A stretch of DNA of 64,000 bases. Origin: a virus. Taxonomy: Duplodnaviria; Caudoviricetes. Under the pieces are notes generated by a model that worked only from the letters and a program-made list of their open reading frames with translations, was not told the DNA's origin and searched no databases. Position numbers and translations under genes: made by a program. Shown here in pieces: positions 53,070-62,155 of the stretch; the first letter of the stretch is position 1; the number at the start of each line of letters is the position of its first letter. Where the stretch lies: IMG/VR virus record IMGVR_UViG_3300005937_000016, positions 2,425 to 66,424 of that record; one strand, given 5' to 3'.

Positions 53070-53492
53070 ATGGCCGACGAGACCCCGACCGAGACCCCGA
53101 CCGAGACCCCGACCGAGACCACGCCTGCTGCCACGCCTGACGCATGGCCTGCCATGCCAGAGGCCGCTCCCGAGACGCCTGCACTCCCCGTCCGCCCCAC
53201 GTATCACATTGCCATCTGGGAGCAGCCTGCGCCGCTCTACGTGTGCCTGCTCTGTCCCGCCGATGCGCCGCGCTTCGACCTCGATGGCATCAAGGCCCAC
53301 GTGCGCCAGGTGCACGAGTGTGACGCCGTGCCCACGGAGACCATCCCTATGCTGATCGCGTTGCGCGCGGATGCGGATGCCAGGCAAGCCGCCCTGGCGC
53401 CGCCTCCTGCACCCGCGCCACCGTCAGAGCCACCACCAGAGCCACCACCAGAGCCACCACCCGCACCAGAGGAGCCGCCCCATGCCGGATGA
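53070..53492 (+). CDS. Pro/Glu-rich protein with a C2H2-like Zn finger
   Basis: YVCLLC...IKAHVRQVH; 12-nt repeats encoding ETPT. Confidence 0.6.
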   Translation: MADETPTETPTETPTETTPAATPDAWPAMPEAAPETPALPVRPTYHIAIWEQPAPLYVCLLCPADAPRFDLDGIKAHVRQVHECDAVPTETIPMLIALRADADARQAALAPPPAPAPPSEPPPEPPPEPPPAPEEPPHAG

Positions 53493-53802
53493 GCCGACCT
53501 ACAAAGAAGACCAGGTGGGCGACCGCACCATCTACACGTGCCTCATTCCGGATGCGGGCGCCCCCGACGGCATCTGTGGGCACAAGAGCCCGGATGAGGG
53601 GTTCATGACGCAACATATGCAGCAACGCCATGCCGGGGTGATGGTGAAAGCCCCGCCCGAGTCGGGGGATGCGGTCTCACCAGGCGACGATGCGCTCTCA
53701 TCGGCGCCCGACATGCCTGCCGCGCCCCCGAGCCCTGTGCCTGCGGAATCTGAGGCGGCACAGGAGCCGACGCCGGAGTCGACGCCGGAGGAGGGGACGT
53801 AA
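53482..53802 (+). CDS. Pro/Glu-rich protein with a C2H2-like Zn finger
   Basis: YTC...ICGH...FMTQHMQQRH. Confidence 0.55.
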   Translation: MPDEPTYKEDQVGDRTIYTCLIPDAGAPDGICGHKSPDEGFMTQHMQQRHAGVMVKAPPESGDAVSPGDDALSSAPDMPAAPPSPVPAESEAAQEPTPESTPEEGT

Positions 53803-54477
53803 ATGCCAACGGCGGCCATTAGTGCATACGGGGTCATGCTGAAACTGGGTGACGGGGTGCCCCTCGCCGCCATTGCGGTGACGGGTGGTACGGCCGCCAC
53901 CCCGATTGTGCTCACCACCGCCGCGCATGGCCTGGCCACCGGCGACGTCAGCACGGGCACCGTCACCGGGGTGACTGGCCTGACCGGAGCGAATGGCACG
54001 TGGGTGGTGGAGGCCACAGACGCCACGCATCTGCGCTTGCGGGGGAGTGTCGGCGGAGGGACGTATAGCGGCGGGGGCACGTTTACGCGCACGTCCACCT
54101 ATACCACGATTGCGGAAATGACCAATGTGGAAGACGCGGGCCTCCAGGCGACGCTCGTGGAGACCACCGCGCATGATGGCAATGGGTACGCCAGTTCCAT
54201 TCCGACTTTTCTCAGGGGCAATACCATGCGCATGGCGCTCAACTGGGTGCCGGCCAATCCCCAGCACAACGCCACGACCGGGTTGACGTTCTTGCTGACG
54301 CAACGCATTACGCGGCCGTACCTGATCGTATGGCCGAGTCATACGGGGGTTCCACGCCCGGCTTGGTATTTCTCGGCATGGGTGACGGAGGACCGCAAGG
54401 CGGCGCCCGTGGCCGGGGCACTGACGAGTGCGGTCAACTTTGAAGTAGATGGGCCGCTCATCTTTACGGCGGCGTAA
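53803..54477 (+). CDS. Major tail tube protein with an inserted beta domain
   Basis: A.G..LK.G; IAEMTNV; VETT.HD; A.FEVDG; insertion TAATPIVLTTAAHGL.TGD...NGTW.V. Confidence 0.8.
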   Translation: MPTAAISAYGVMLKLGDGVPLAAIAVTGGTAATPIVLTTAAHGLATGDVSTGTVTGVTGLTGANGTWVVEATDATHLRLRGSVGGGTYSGGGTFTRTSTYTTIAEMTNVEDAGLQATLVETTAHDGNGYASSIPTFLRGNTMRMALNWVPANPQHNATTGLTFLLTQRITRPYLIVWPSHTGVPRPAWYFSAWVTEDRKAAPVAGALTSAVNFEVDGPLIFTAA

Positions 54478-54580
54478 CACGAGAGACCTGAGACGGGTGG
54501 TCCGCCCTGAGCACGGAGACCAACCGGCTCCCTTGCTACTGCCCTCGTGCGAAGGGCAAGCGTAGAAAGTGTAGCTTCTT

Positions 54581-54988
54581 ATAGCAACGCAAGCGAAATC
54601 CGCGTTTGGGACCTCATTAAAGATCTCCGGAACGATCATTCCGGAGCTCACCAATTTGACGGACGTGGGCGGCAGTGTGACGGTTGTGGACGTTACGGCA
54701 CATGACGGCGTTTCAGGCTACGGCTCCAGCATTCCCACCTTCATCAGTGGCGGGGTCGTCCGGGCAACGTTTAACGCAGTGCTTGCCAACGCCCAACAAA
54801 TCGCGATGCGTACCGCCATGGAAGCCCGCACCACGACGCAGTTTGTGGCGACCTTCCCAACAACGGGCAACCCCACAGCCACATTCAATGCGTTTGTGAC
54901 GCGCTGGCGGATCCCCGGGGCCCCGGTCGGCGGGGCGTTGCAGTTGGAGACGGAGCTCACGGTGGACGGCCCTGTCGTTTGGGCATAG
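54581..54988 (+). CDS. Second, shorter tail-tube paralog; apparent ATA start
   Basis: (I)ATQAKSAFGTSLKISG..IPELTNL...VDVTAHDG..GYGSSIPTF aligns with 53803-54477; in-frame TAG at 54572 precludes an upstream start. Confidence 0.7.
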   Translation: MATQAKSAFGTSLKISGTIIPELTNLTDVGGSVTVVDVTAHDGVSGYGSSIPTFISGGVVRATFNAVLANAQQIAMRTAMEARTTTQFVATFPTTGNPTATFNAFVTRWRIPGAPVGGALQLETELTVDGPVVWA

Positions 54989-55015
54989 ATTTTTTTAGAC
55001 TATGAGAGCAGACGC

Positions 55016-55411
55016 ATGGCCGATGAGGTGCGCGGGCAAATCACCAACGGCAACGGCGAGCGGCTGTCGCTCCAGATCGGGACCAAGTCGTTCGGTATTC
55101 AGGCACGCGACATCCTGCCGATCTTGCTGCTCCTCATGATGGGCGTTGGGGGTTACTTGCTCTATGACAATGTGCACCGTGGCATTGTCGATCTCCAACG
55201 GAACCACGAAGCCATCGAGAAGGGTATTACGGGCAATACCATCCGTATCGTGGAAGCGATTGCGGCTGCGAATCGGCACCGCGAGGCGCAGACGGAGGCC
55301 CTGGGCCAGATGCTCTACCGCCATGAACTCAACCAGGTGCGGGAGCCAGGCGCCAAACTACCGCTCTATATGCGGCCCCCCGCCGAGGACAGCGAGAAAC
55401 AAGGAAAGTAA
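55016..55411 (+). CDS. Single-TM coiled-coil membrane protein (possibly lysis-related)
   Basis: ILPILLLLMMGVGGYLLY TM segment followed by a coiled coil. Confidence 0.5.
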   Translation: MADEVRGQITNGNGERLSLQIGTKSFGIQARDILPILLLLMMGVGGYLLYDNVHRGIVDLQRNHEAIEKGITGNTIRIVEAIAAANRHREAQTEALGQMLYRHELNQVREPGAKLPLYMRPPAEDSEKQGK

Positions 55412-55417
55412 CACCCT

Positions 55418-56142
55418 ATGGCTGACATCCACCTGACCCCTGGCATTGCCCTGACGCTGGACCGGCTGCGCTATGTGCGCCTGGACAAGCGCGCCATCTT
55501 CCAGGCCGAGCGGGATCTTTGCGCATTATGGTCCAAACAGGTCAACATCCTGAGTCTCTTTGCGGACGCCGGCACGCTGACGCTGAATGATCTCGCCGTG
55601 CTCTTGCGGCGGGGCCTCCTGGCCGATGATCCGACGCTGACTCTGGAGCAGGTCCAGGACCTCATGGACTTTGACAAGCTGGGCGCCATCTTCGAGGCGC
55701 TCTTTGCGGCCTGGAATGCCGCCACCATGCCCGCGACGGACGAGCCGCAGGAGGCGAGTGACGAGGCCGGCCCTTTGTCATTCCGTGGGGCCAACTCTAT
55801 GCCTTCGCCCGTATTGAGTTAGGCGTATCGGACGAGGAATTTTGGTCCACGACGTTTTACGAGACCGACCTGCTCGCGGCCCGGTGGCGGCTCCAGCAGG
55901 CGCGCGAGGATAGACGAGCAGCGCTCACGGCCTGGATTCTGGCCAGTGTGCACCGCGATAGCGAGAGTCGCAGTGCCCCCTTTGAGTTTGAGGAGGTTGT
56001 CGCGTGGCTCGGGCACGGCTTTCAGAAACGCACAGCGCAACGTGAGGAGCCACCCGCGCCACCGACACCTGACCAACTGCTGGAGCAGGCGCGAATGCTC
56101 AATCAGATCTATGGGGGCACGACGTTGAACGGCAGCGAGTGA
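55418..56142 (+). CDS. Tail assembly chaperone G/GT pair with a programmed -1 frameshift
   Basis: G ORF 55418-55822; slippery heptamer C CCT TTG at 55771-55777; the -1 frame continues PFVIPWGQLYAFARIELGVSDEEFW...to 56142, upstream of the tape measure gene. Confidence 0.85.
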
Positions 56143-56214
56143 GTGGTGTCCAGCCGCGCCTTTCTATCTCCCAGGGGTGACAGAAGAGAGGGTGGCAACG
56201 CGGCTGGATACTAC

Positions 56215-56661
56215 TTAGTAGGAGGTACATGTGGTCCTGCTCCCGCTGGTCATGCCCGTGCCCCACGTCTCGGTCCAACACTGGAGTATTGACGTCGGCG
56301 CTGACGGTATGCTGAATGCCGCTGCCGGTGGGCTTGCCTGGGGTTGTCGAGTACGACGCTGCTGTTCCCAGCCGTGGCACGAGGTTTGCCACGTCTGTTG
56401 CGCCGCGAGGTCCGCACTATCCAGCGGCTCCCGATGTCGCATTTTAGCGGTGATCAAGGCACGGTGTGGGGTGAGCTGTTCACAGAGGGTATCCGTGGCC
56501 CGTTCCTCCGGGGTCATGAGCGCGCCGGGGGGACACCGATAAGGTTGGGCATGGCAGAGTGCATAGGCTTCAAGCTGGCGTGTTTCCTCATCAATCGCGT
56601 GTGCAGAAAGCGGGACAAGGAGCAGCACGCTGATGAGCAATGCAGAGCACAACCGCGGCAT
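56215..56661 (-). CDS. Secreted hypothetical protein (moron)
   Basis: Signal peptide ending AHA; RBS AAGGAGG; paired Cys. Confidence 0.65.
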   Translation of the reverse strand: MPRLCSALLISVLLLVPLSAHAIDEETRQLEAYALCHAQPYRCPPGALMTPEERATDTLCEQLTPHRALITAKMRHREPLDSADLAAQQTWQTSCHGWEQQRRTRQPQASPPAAAFSIPSAPTSILQCWTETWGTGMTSGSRTTCTSY

Positions 56662-56673
56662 AACAACCTCCTT

Positions 56674-56826
56674 TCAGTGGGCCGGAGGCGCCTCCTGGTC
56701 CCACAGGGCAAGTTGGGCACGTATCAACCGGTCAATTTCTTTGCTGGCCGATGTGCCACGACCAATGCAGGCCATACGAAAGGCCCGCCAAAGAGCGAGA
56801 GTCAGCGACAAAGTGACTTTGGTCAT
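56674..56826 (-). CDS. Ribbon-helix-helix regulator
   Basis: TKVTLSL...LWRAFR..C...G.S.S..I..LI RHH pattern; upstream palindrome TTTACA-N5-TGTAAA (56874-56890). Confidence 0.7.
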   Translation of the reverse strand: MTKVTLSLTLALWRAFRMACIGRGTSASKEIDRLIRAQLALWDQEAPPAH

Positions 56827-56900
56827 AGGGGCCTCCAAAACAGTAAGGGAATACGTAAAGAAGTGTAGCAGCATTTACATCTATTGTAAAGGGGAAGGTT

Positions 56901-59900
56901 ACGGCCGAGATTTCCATTGGTGACATTGTTGCTAATATAAAAATAAATAGTACTGACTTTGCCAGGGGCATCCAACAGGCGCAGCAGTCCTTGCAGCAGT
57001 TTGCCCAGCACAAGGACGCCATCATTGCCAATCTCAGCCGCTTGCAGCAGGCGCTTGGACAGGTCGGGCCGCAGGCGCAGCAGGGGATGGCCGCGTTGTC
57101 CCGGAGTGCGCAGCAGGCGGGCACAGGGGCGCAGCAGGCCGGACAGCAGTTTCAGCAATTGAATACCCAGCTCAACCAGACGAATCAAGCGTTTCGGGAG
57201 ACGACCACCACCATTTCCCAGACGACGCAGAACTTTCAGCAGTTTATTGCCGTCGTCCAGCAAGCGGGCCAGACGGCCCAGCAGTCGGGGCAGGGCGCGG
57301 GCAGTGCCTGGAGTGCCATGCTCCAGATTGCCGGGGGCATTGGCATCGCGACCTCGATCCAGGCCATCGTCGGTCAGATGGCGGAGTTCGCCCGTAGTAC
57401 CGTCCAGGTCGGTATCCAGATGCAGCAACTCCGGGCCAGTCTGGTCGCCATTACCGGCAGCCTCGAGGCCAGTCAGCAAGCCTTCGCCTTTATTGTCCAA
57501 ACCTCCAATGCTACGGGACAGTCGTTACAGACGCTTGCGGGTGCCTATCGCACCCTGAGTGCTGCCACGCGGGGCACGGCCCTGGAGGGCGCCGATACCG
57601 AACGACTTTTTACGGGGCTGGCCCAGGCGGCGCGAGCCTACGGGCTCTCGACGGAGCAACTCGGCCGCCTGCTGATCGGGTTCCAGCAGATTGTCAGTAA
57701 GGGCAAGGTCGAACAAGAAGAACTCCGGCAACAGATTGGCGAAGCCCTCCCGAATGCCCTCCAGATTGCCGCGCGGGGCTTTGGCGTCACGACCGAGCAA
57801 CTTAACCAGATGATTACGCGGGGCATGGATGCGACGACGTTTGTCCGCACCTTTAGCCGCCAGCTCGAAAGCGAACTGCCCCAGGGTACCCAACAGGTCG
57901 AAACCCTGGCGCAAGCCTTCAATCGGCTCGGGAATGAAATCCTGCTTTTGAAAGACCGCATTGCCCAGTCTGGGCTGCTGCAATTCCTCACCGCAGTCGC
58001 CGCGAGGACGGCCGATATCCTCGAAGCCACCCGCAAGGCAGAGGAGCAGCAGAAAGCCTTTATCGAGGGCGCCGCCCGTGAACGGTTCGGTGGTCGCCAA
58101 GTGCGTCCGCAGGACTTTGAGGAAATGCAGCGGCTCGAAGCGCAGTGGCAGCGCCTGAAAGATACCATTGAGGGGGTGTACCGGACGCTGGAGACGGGCA
58201 ACGTCATCCAGCGCAATGTTGCCGAGCATCAATTACGCCCGCTGCTGCGCGCATTTGATGAGGTGGCGACCAGCATCGCCCGCCTGCAAGCCGAGGCCCC
58301 CGAACGTCAGTGGATGCAGCAAGGCATCCAGGCCCGCCGGGACATTGAGAGCGGTGGCGAGGACCTCCTGCGTCGGGAGCAGGAACGGCAGCGTGATATC
58401 GAAGCTGGAGAATCCCGCCTTCGGACTATCCTGGAGCGCCAACGCGCCCAGTTAGAGACGCTCCGTATCACGCCCCTCCTGACCGAGCTTGAGCGTGCGG
58501 AAGAACGGCTCAAGATCATCGAGCAAACCACGAAGCAACTGCGCGACCTCATGCAGACCATGCCCGCCGCTGTGCAGCAAGGGATGGTCGGACCCTTGGG
58601 CGAAAGCAGTCTGGGCGCCGGGAGTCCGCATCGCGAGATGATCATGCGCATGGCGGTGGAGCGGGGGATTGATCCGCAACTAGCCCTGGCTCTGGTGCGT
58701 CAGGAATCGAACTTTGATCCCACGGCGGTGTCCCGGGCCGGGGCGCTCGGGCTCATGCAACTTATGCCGGGCACGGCGCAGATGCTCCAACCTGGTATTA
58801 CGCGTCAGCAAATCCTTGAGCCTGAAACCAATGTGCGGCTGGGGCTCGACTACCTCGCCCAACTCCTGAAGCAGTTTGGCAATGACGTCAACCGCGCCCT
58901 CACGGCCTATAACGCCGGGCCGGGGCGGCAGGGCATCCCGCTCCCCACTGGCGAAAATGCAACCTTTGCCAGGGACGTGCTGGCCCGCATGCCGAGCGCG
59001 GGGCAGAGCACCATCGCAGAACAGCTCCGACTCCAACAGGCGGCAGAGCAAGCCGTCGAGGCGCAAAAGGGCGATCCCGAAGCCCGCCGCCGCGTCTTTG
59101 AGCAAGGGCGTGAAGACCTGAAGCGTTATGACGATGCCATCAAGCAAGCGGAGCAGGACCAGGAGACGTATCAGGCGGCTATTGACAAGGTCACGATGGC
59201 GCTGGCGCGGCAAGAAGAACAGGCCGTCAAGACCCTCGACAATCTCGTCAGTAAGTACCAGCAAAGCAAAGAAGCCCGTGATGCCGATGCCGTGGCCGCC
59301 CTCATGCAAGAGAACACGAGCAACGCCCTTATTCAGGCCTACGGCGCCGAAGTCCTGGCAATCATTCGTGTGCGAGAGGCTTATAACGAGGAAGTCGAGG
59401 CACTGCGCGCTGACGTGGTCGCTCTTAAACAGCGTACGGAAGCGCAGCGCGAAGCAGAACGCACCCAGAAGCAGTTCCTCCAAAGTCTCGAAGACACCAA
59501 TGAACGTCTGCGGACGCCGCGCGGACAAGGCCTCCCGATTTTTGAGCAGACGGTTGAGGAAGAACTGCAAGGCCTGGAGGCGCGCGAGCAACGCCAGACG
59601 GGGCGCCCGCTGTTTGTCGATGAGGAAGGTCGCGAACAGGCACGGGGCCTCCTTGAACAGCGACGGCAGTATGAGCGCCTCCAGTATGCCGCCCAGCTCT
59701 TTGAACAGTTGGCGGGAAACGTCGGGCAGGCCTGGACCTCCGCCTTGCAGAGCATTGCGGATGGCACGGCCACGGTCAGTCAGGCCTTCCAGCAGATGGC
59801 ACGCTCGATCTTGCAATCCCTGGCACAGATCGCCTCGCAGGAAGCCTTTAAGGCCCTGACCCAACTCGGCCTGCGGCTCATTTTAGGCGCAGCCACGGGT

Positions 59901-60302
59901 GGACTCACGCCGGCGGGCGGCGGGGCGCTCAGTGGTCCTGAGACCGGCGCCGCCAGTTCCGTGGGGGCAGGGATCAATCCCCTGCTCTTCGCGCAGCATG
60001 GGGCAGAGGTGAATCGCCCCACTTTCGCCATGTTGGGCGAAAACCCGGCCATGAACCCGGAGTATGTCGTGAATAGGCTGCAGATGGATCAGTTGCTCAG
60101 CCGGGCGCCCAGTGCGGGGGGGCAGGCAGCGGGCGGCGCCGGCATCTCCATTATCAACGTCGCGACCAGAGCCGAAGGCGAGAAGCAAGCCGCGCAGCAA
60201 CGGGCGCTCGGGAAGCAGACTATCATCAATGAAGTTTTACAAGAGCTTAGCCAAGGTGAATCGTCGAAGATAAACCGTGCGATCAGAAACCTGTCACGGT
60301 AG
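56901..60302 (+). CDS. Tape measure protein with lytic transglycosylase (SLT) domain; apparent ACG start
   Basis: Tape-measure motif Q..SKGKV..EELRQQ.GE.LP; SLT motifs QES.F.P.AVS.AGA.GLMQLMP.TA and ALTAYNAG; N-terminus AEISIGDIVANI follows RBS AGGGGAAGG and ACG. Confidence 0.92.
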   Translation, partial: TAEISIGDIVANIKINSTDFARGIQQAQQSLQQFAQHKDAIIANLSRLQQALGQVGPQAQQGMAALSRSAQQAGTGAQQAGQQFQQLNTQLNQTNQAFRETTTTISQTTQNFQQFIAVVQQAGQTAQQSGQGAGSAWSAMLQIAGGIGIATSIQAIVGQMAEFARSTVQVGIQMQQLRASLVAITGSLEASQQAFAFIVQTSNATGQSLQTLAGAYRTLSAATRGTALEGADTERLFTGLAQAARAYGLSTEQLGRLLIGFQQIVSKGKVEQEELRQQIGEALPNALQIAARGFGVTTEQLNQMITRGMDATTFVRTFSRQLESELPQGTQQVETLAQAFNRLGNEILLLKDRIAQSGLLQFLTAVAARTADILEATRKAEEQQKAFIEGAARERFGGRQVRPQDFEEMQRLEAQWQRLKDTIEGVYRTLETGNVIQRNVAEHQLRPLLRAFDEVATSIARLQAEAPERQWMQQGIQARRDIESGGEDLLRREQERQRDIEAGESRLRTILERQRAQLETLRITPLLTELERAEERLKIIEQTTKQLRDLMQTMPAAVQQGMVGPLGESSLGAGSPHREMIMRMAVERGIDPQLALALVRQESNFDPTAVSRAGALGLMQLMPGTAQMLQPGITRQQILEPETNVRLGLDYLAQLLKQFGNDVNRALTAYNAGPGRQGIPLPTGENATFARDVLARMPSAGQSTIAEQLRLQQAAEQAVEAQKGDPEARRRVFEQGREDLKRYDDAIKQAEQDQETYQAAIDKVTMALARQEEQAVKTLDNLVSKYQQSKEARDADAVAALMQENTSNALIQAYGAEVLAIIRVREAYNEEVEALRADVVALKQRTEAQREAERTQKQFLQSLEDTNERLRTPRGQGLPIFEQTVEEELQGLEAREQRQTGRPLFVDEEGREQARGLLEQRRQYERLQYAAQLFEQLAGNVGQAWTSALQSIADGTATVSQAFQQMARSILQSLAQIASQEAFKALTQLGLRLILGAATGGLTPAGGGALSGPETGAASSVGAGINPLLFAQHGAEVNRPTFAMLGENPAMNPEYVVNRLQMDQLLSRAPSAGGQAAGGAGISIINVATRAEGEKQAAQQRALGKQTIINEVLQELSQGESSKINRAIRNLSR

Positions 60303-60314
60303 GGATAGACCGTC

Positions 60315-60917
60315 ATGGCCGAATTCTGGCCGTCAGACCCACGACCAAGCGCCGTCAGCGCCCCAGAACTGATTGATCCGTCCTTATCCTATGAGGTCGA
60401 TCAGGGCTATAAAGTGCGTCGCCCGAAATGGTCTCGGCCTCGGCGAAGATGGACCTTGGAGTACCTGGGCCTGGACACGCTGCACATGCGCATTCTCCGC
60501 GACATGCTCCTGCGCCATCGCCTCGGCGCCCTGGAGGTCAGCTGGACGCATCCCACCGCGCTCGACGTGGCCGTGATGCAGCCCACAACGCCCGTACGGC
60601 TGCTCTACGTGCATGGCCTGTGGACCGGGATGTGGGTCGGGATCTCGAACGGCCCGAACCCGTCCCTCAACGGCGGGTTTTTCCAGGTGACGTGGGACAC
60701 CAATGGCAGCCTGTACCTGAACAACACGACGGCGCAAGGCGTGCAGGGGAATTGCACGGTGGTCATCTACGTGCCGCATGTGCTCGTGGTGCCCGGCCAG
60801 GAAGAGAGCATGCCCGGTCCGGCGACGCTGATTGGCCCGGAACAACTCGCCTATGCCCCGGGGGGGTTGCGCAGCGGGTATTTTAATTGGAGTGTGCAGT
60901 TGGAGGAGCAGTTCTAG
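60315..60917 (+). CDS. Distal tail / minor tail protein
   Basis: Follows TMP; G....R..WS.PRRRWTL.Y motif. Confidence 0.7.
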   Translation: MAEFWPSDPRPSAVSAPELIDPSLSYEVDQGYKVRRPKWSRPRRRWTLEYLGLDTLHMRILRDMLLRHRLGALEVSWTHPTALDVAVMQPTTPVRLLYVHGLWTGMWVGISNGPNPSLNGGFFQVTWDTNGSLYLNNTTAQGVQGNCTVVIYVPHVLVVPGQEESMPGPATLIGPEQLAYAPGGLRSGYFNWSVQLEEQF

Positions 60918-61426
60918 TGCCGCGTCCGATGTCCACCGCGCTCAGGGTCGAAAAGAACAAGTTGGAGAGTAGTCACCCGTGGATATACCTTTTCAGTGTG
61001 AGCATAGCCGGCGCAGGTGGACGCTACAGCCTCGCGGCCTATGACCAGGACATTGTGTTTCACGGATCAACCTATGCCCGCTATCCCTTGGACGTGGAGG
61101 TCGTAGAAACGCCGACGCATGCCGCCCTCGTGCAGTTGCGGGTGACGGTCGGCAACGTAGACCAGGTCATGCAGGCGCTCCTCGAAACGTACTGGGCCAC
61201 GACGGCGAGCCCGGATTGGGTCGTCGAACTCTGGGAGGTGGATGCGCTGACGCCCGATGAAACGCCGTTCAGCGCCTCCGAGGTGTTCACCGTGCAACAG
61301 GTCGTCACGGATTTGCAGGTCGCCACCTTCGATCTAGTAGCTGAAGGTCTAACACTTTCAGCCTCAGTACCAAAGAGAAGATATACTAGTAGTTCTGGTT
61401 ATAACTTTATTCCAAGAAGAACCTAG
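60917..61426 (+). CDS. Minor tail protein (lambda gpL-like)
   Basis: I.F.G..Y...P; L.V.NV; P.R.Y motif; gene order. Confidence 0.7.
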   Translation: MPRPMSTALRVEKNKLESSHPWIYLFSVSIAGAGGRYSLAAYDQDIVFHGSTYARYPLDVEVVETPTHAALVQLRVTVGNVDQVMQALLETYWATTASPDWVVELWEVDALTPDETPFSASEVFTVQQVVTDLQVATFDLVAEGLTLSASVPKRRYTSSSGYNFIPRRT

Positions 61427-61427
61427 C

Positions 61428-61805
61428 ATGCCTCCTGCCTGGCCGCCGCTTGCGCCCCTGGTGGACGAGATTCTCGGTTCCGCCTATACCCAGTATGATT
61501 GCTGGGGCTTGCTGGCGTATCTCATGAAACGGGGCTGGGGGCTCGATCTGACGCATGACCCGGAGTGCCTGAGCCGGGAGGTGGTGGAGGTGTGGTTCCA
61601 GGGCGATCCGCGCCAGCCACTCACCCTGACGCAGCCCTGGGATTGCCTCATTGTGAGTGTGCATGGCCTGGTGGGGGATCACTGCGGCTTGGTGATGGAA
61701 GGCACACAGTTTGTGCATAGCGGCAAGGCGGGGGTGGTGATTGATCGCCTTCAGCGCTGGGAGGCCAAGGTGCTGCAAATCGCGCGCTTACGGCGACTGG
61801 TATAG
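61428..61805 (+). CDS. NlpC/P60 tail assembly protein (gpK-like)
   Basis: YDCWGL...HCGL......FVHS catalytic C/H/H. Confidence 0.85.
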   Translation: MPPAWPPLAPLVDEILGSAYTQYDCWGLLAYLMKRGWGLDLTHDPECLSREVVEVWFQGDPRQPLTLTQPWDCLIVSVHGLVGDHCGLVMEGTQFVHSGKAGVVIDRLQRWEAKVLQIARLRRLV

Positions 61806-61807
61806 CT

Positions 61808-62143
61808 ATGACTCTTGATATTAATTGGACTCTTACTGTCCATATTCCACAGCTTGACACATGGGGAGCACAGCTCATGGAGCGTATCCAAGGCATTATC
61901 GATGCGATGAACAACCTCTCGGCGCAGCAAGCCGCGGGGAGTCAGGCGATTGCCGACCAAATTACCGTCGTCGCCAATGAAATTGCGCAGCTGCATGCGG
62001 GGAGCATCACGCAAGAGCAACTGGACGCGCTGGAAGCCCAATTGCGGGAAGCGGCGTCGATTGCCGAGCAACAGGCCGCGCAGATTCGTGCCACGTCCCA
62101 GGACATTGCGGGCATGGTCCCCGATGAGCTGCCCCCGGCCTAA
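61808..62143 (+). CDS. Hypothetical coiled-coil protein
   Basis: Q/A-rich heptads; lies between the gpK-like and gpJ-like genes. Confidence 0.5.
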   Translation: MTLDINWTLTVHIPQLDTWGAQLMERIQGIIDAMNNLSAQQAAGSQAIADQITVVANEIAQLHAGSITQEQLDALEAQLREAASIAEQQAAQIRATSQDIAGMVPDELPPA

Positions 62144-62155
62144 GAAGGACCTCGC

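Noticed and set aside
54478-54580. Possible hammerhead or other ribozyme between the tube genes (CTGAG motifs, hairpins)
   Set aside because: The CUGAnGA/GAAA core and three-stem closure could not be assembled.
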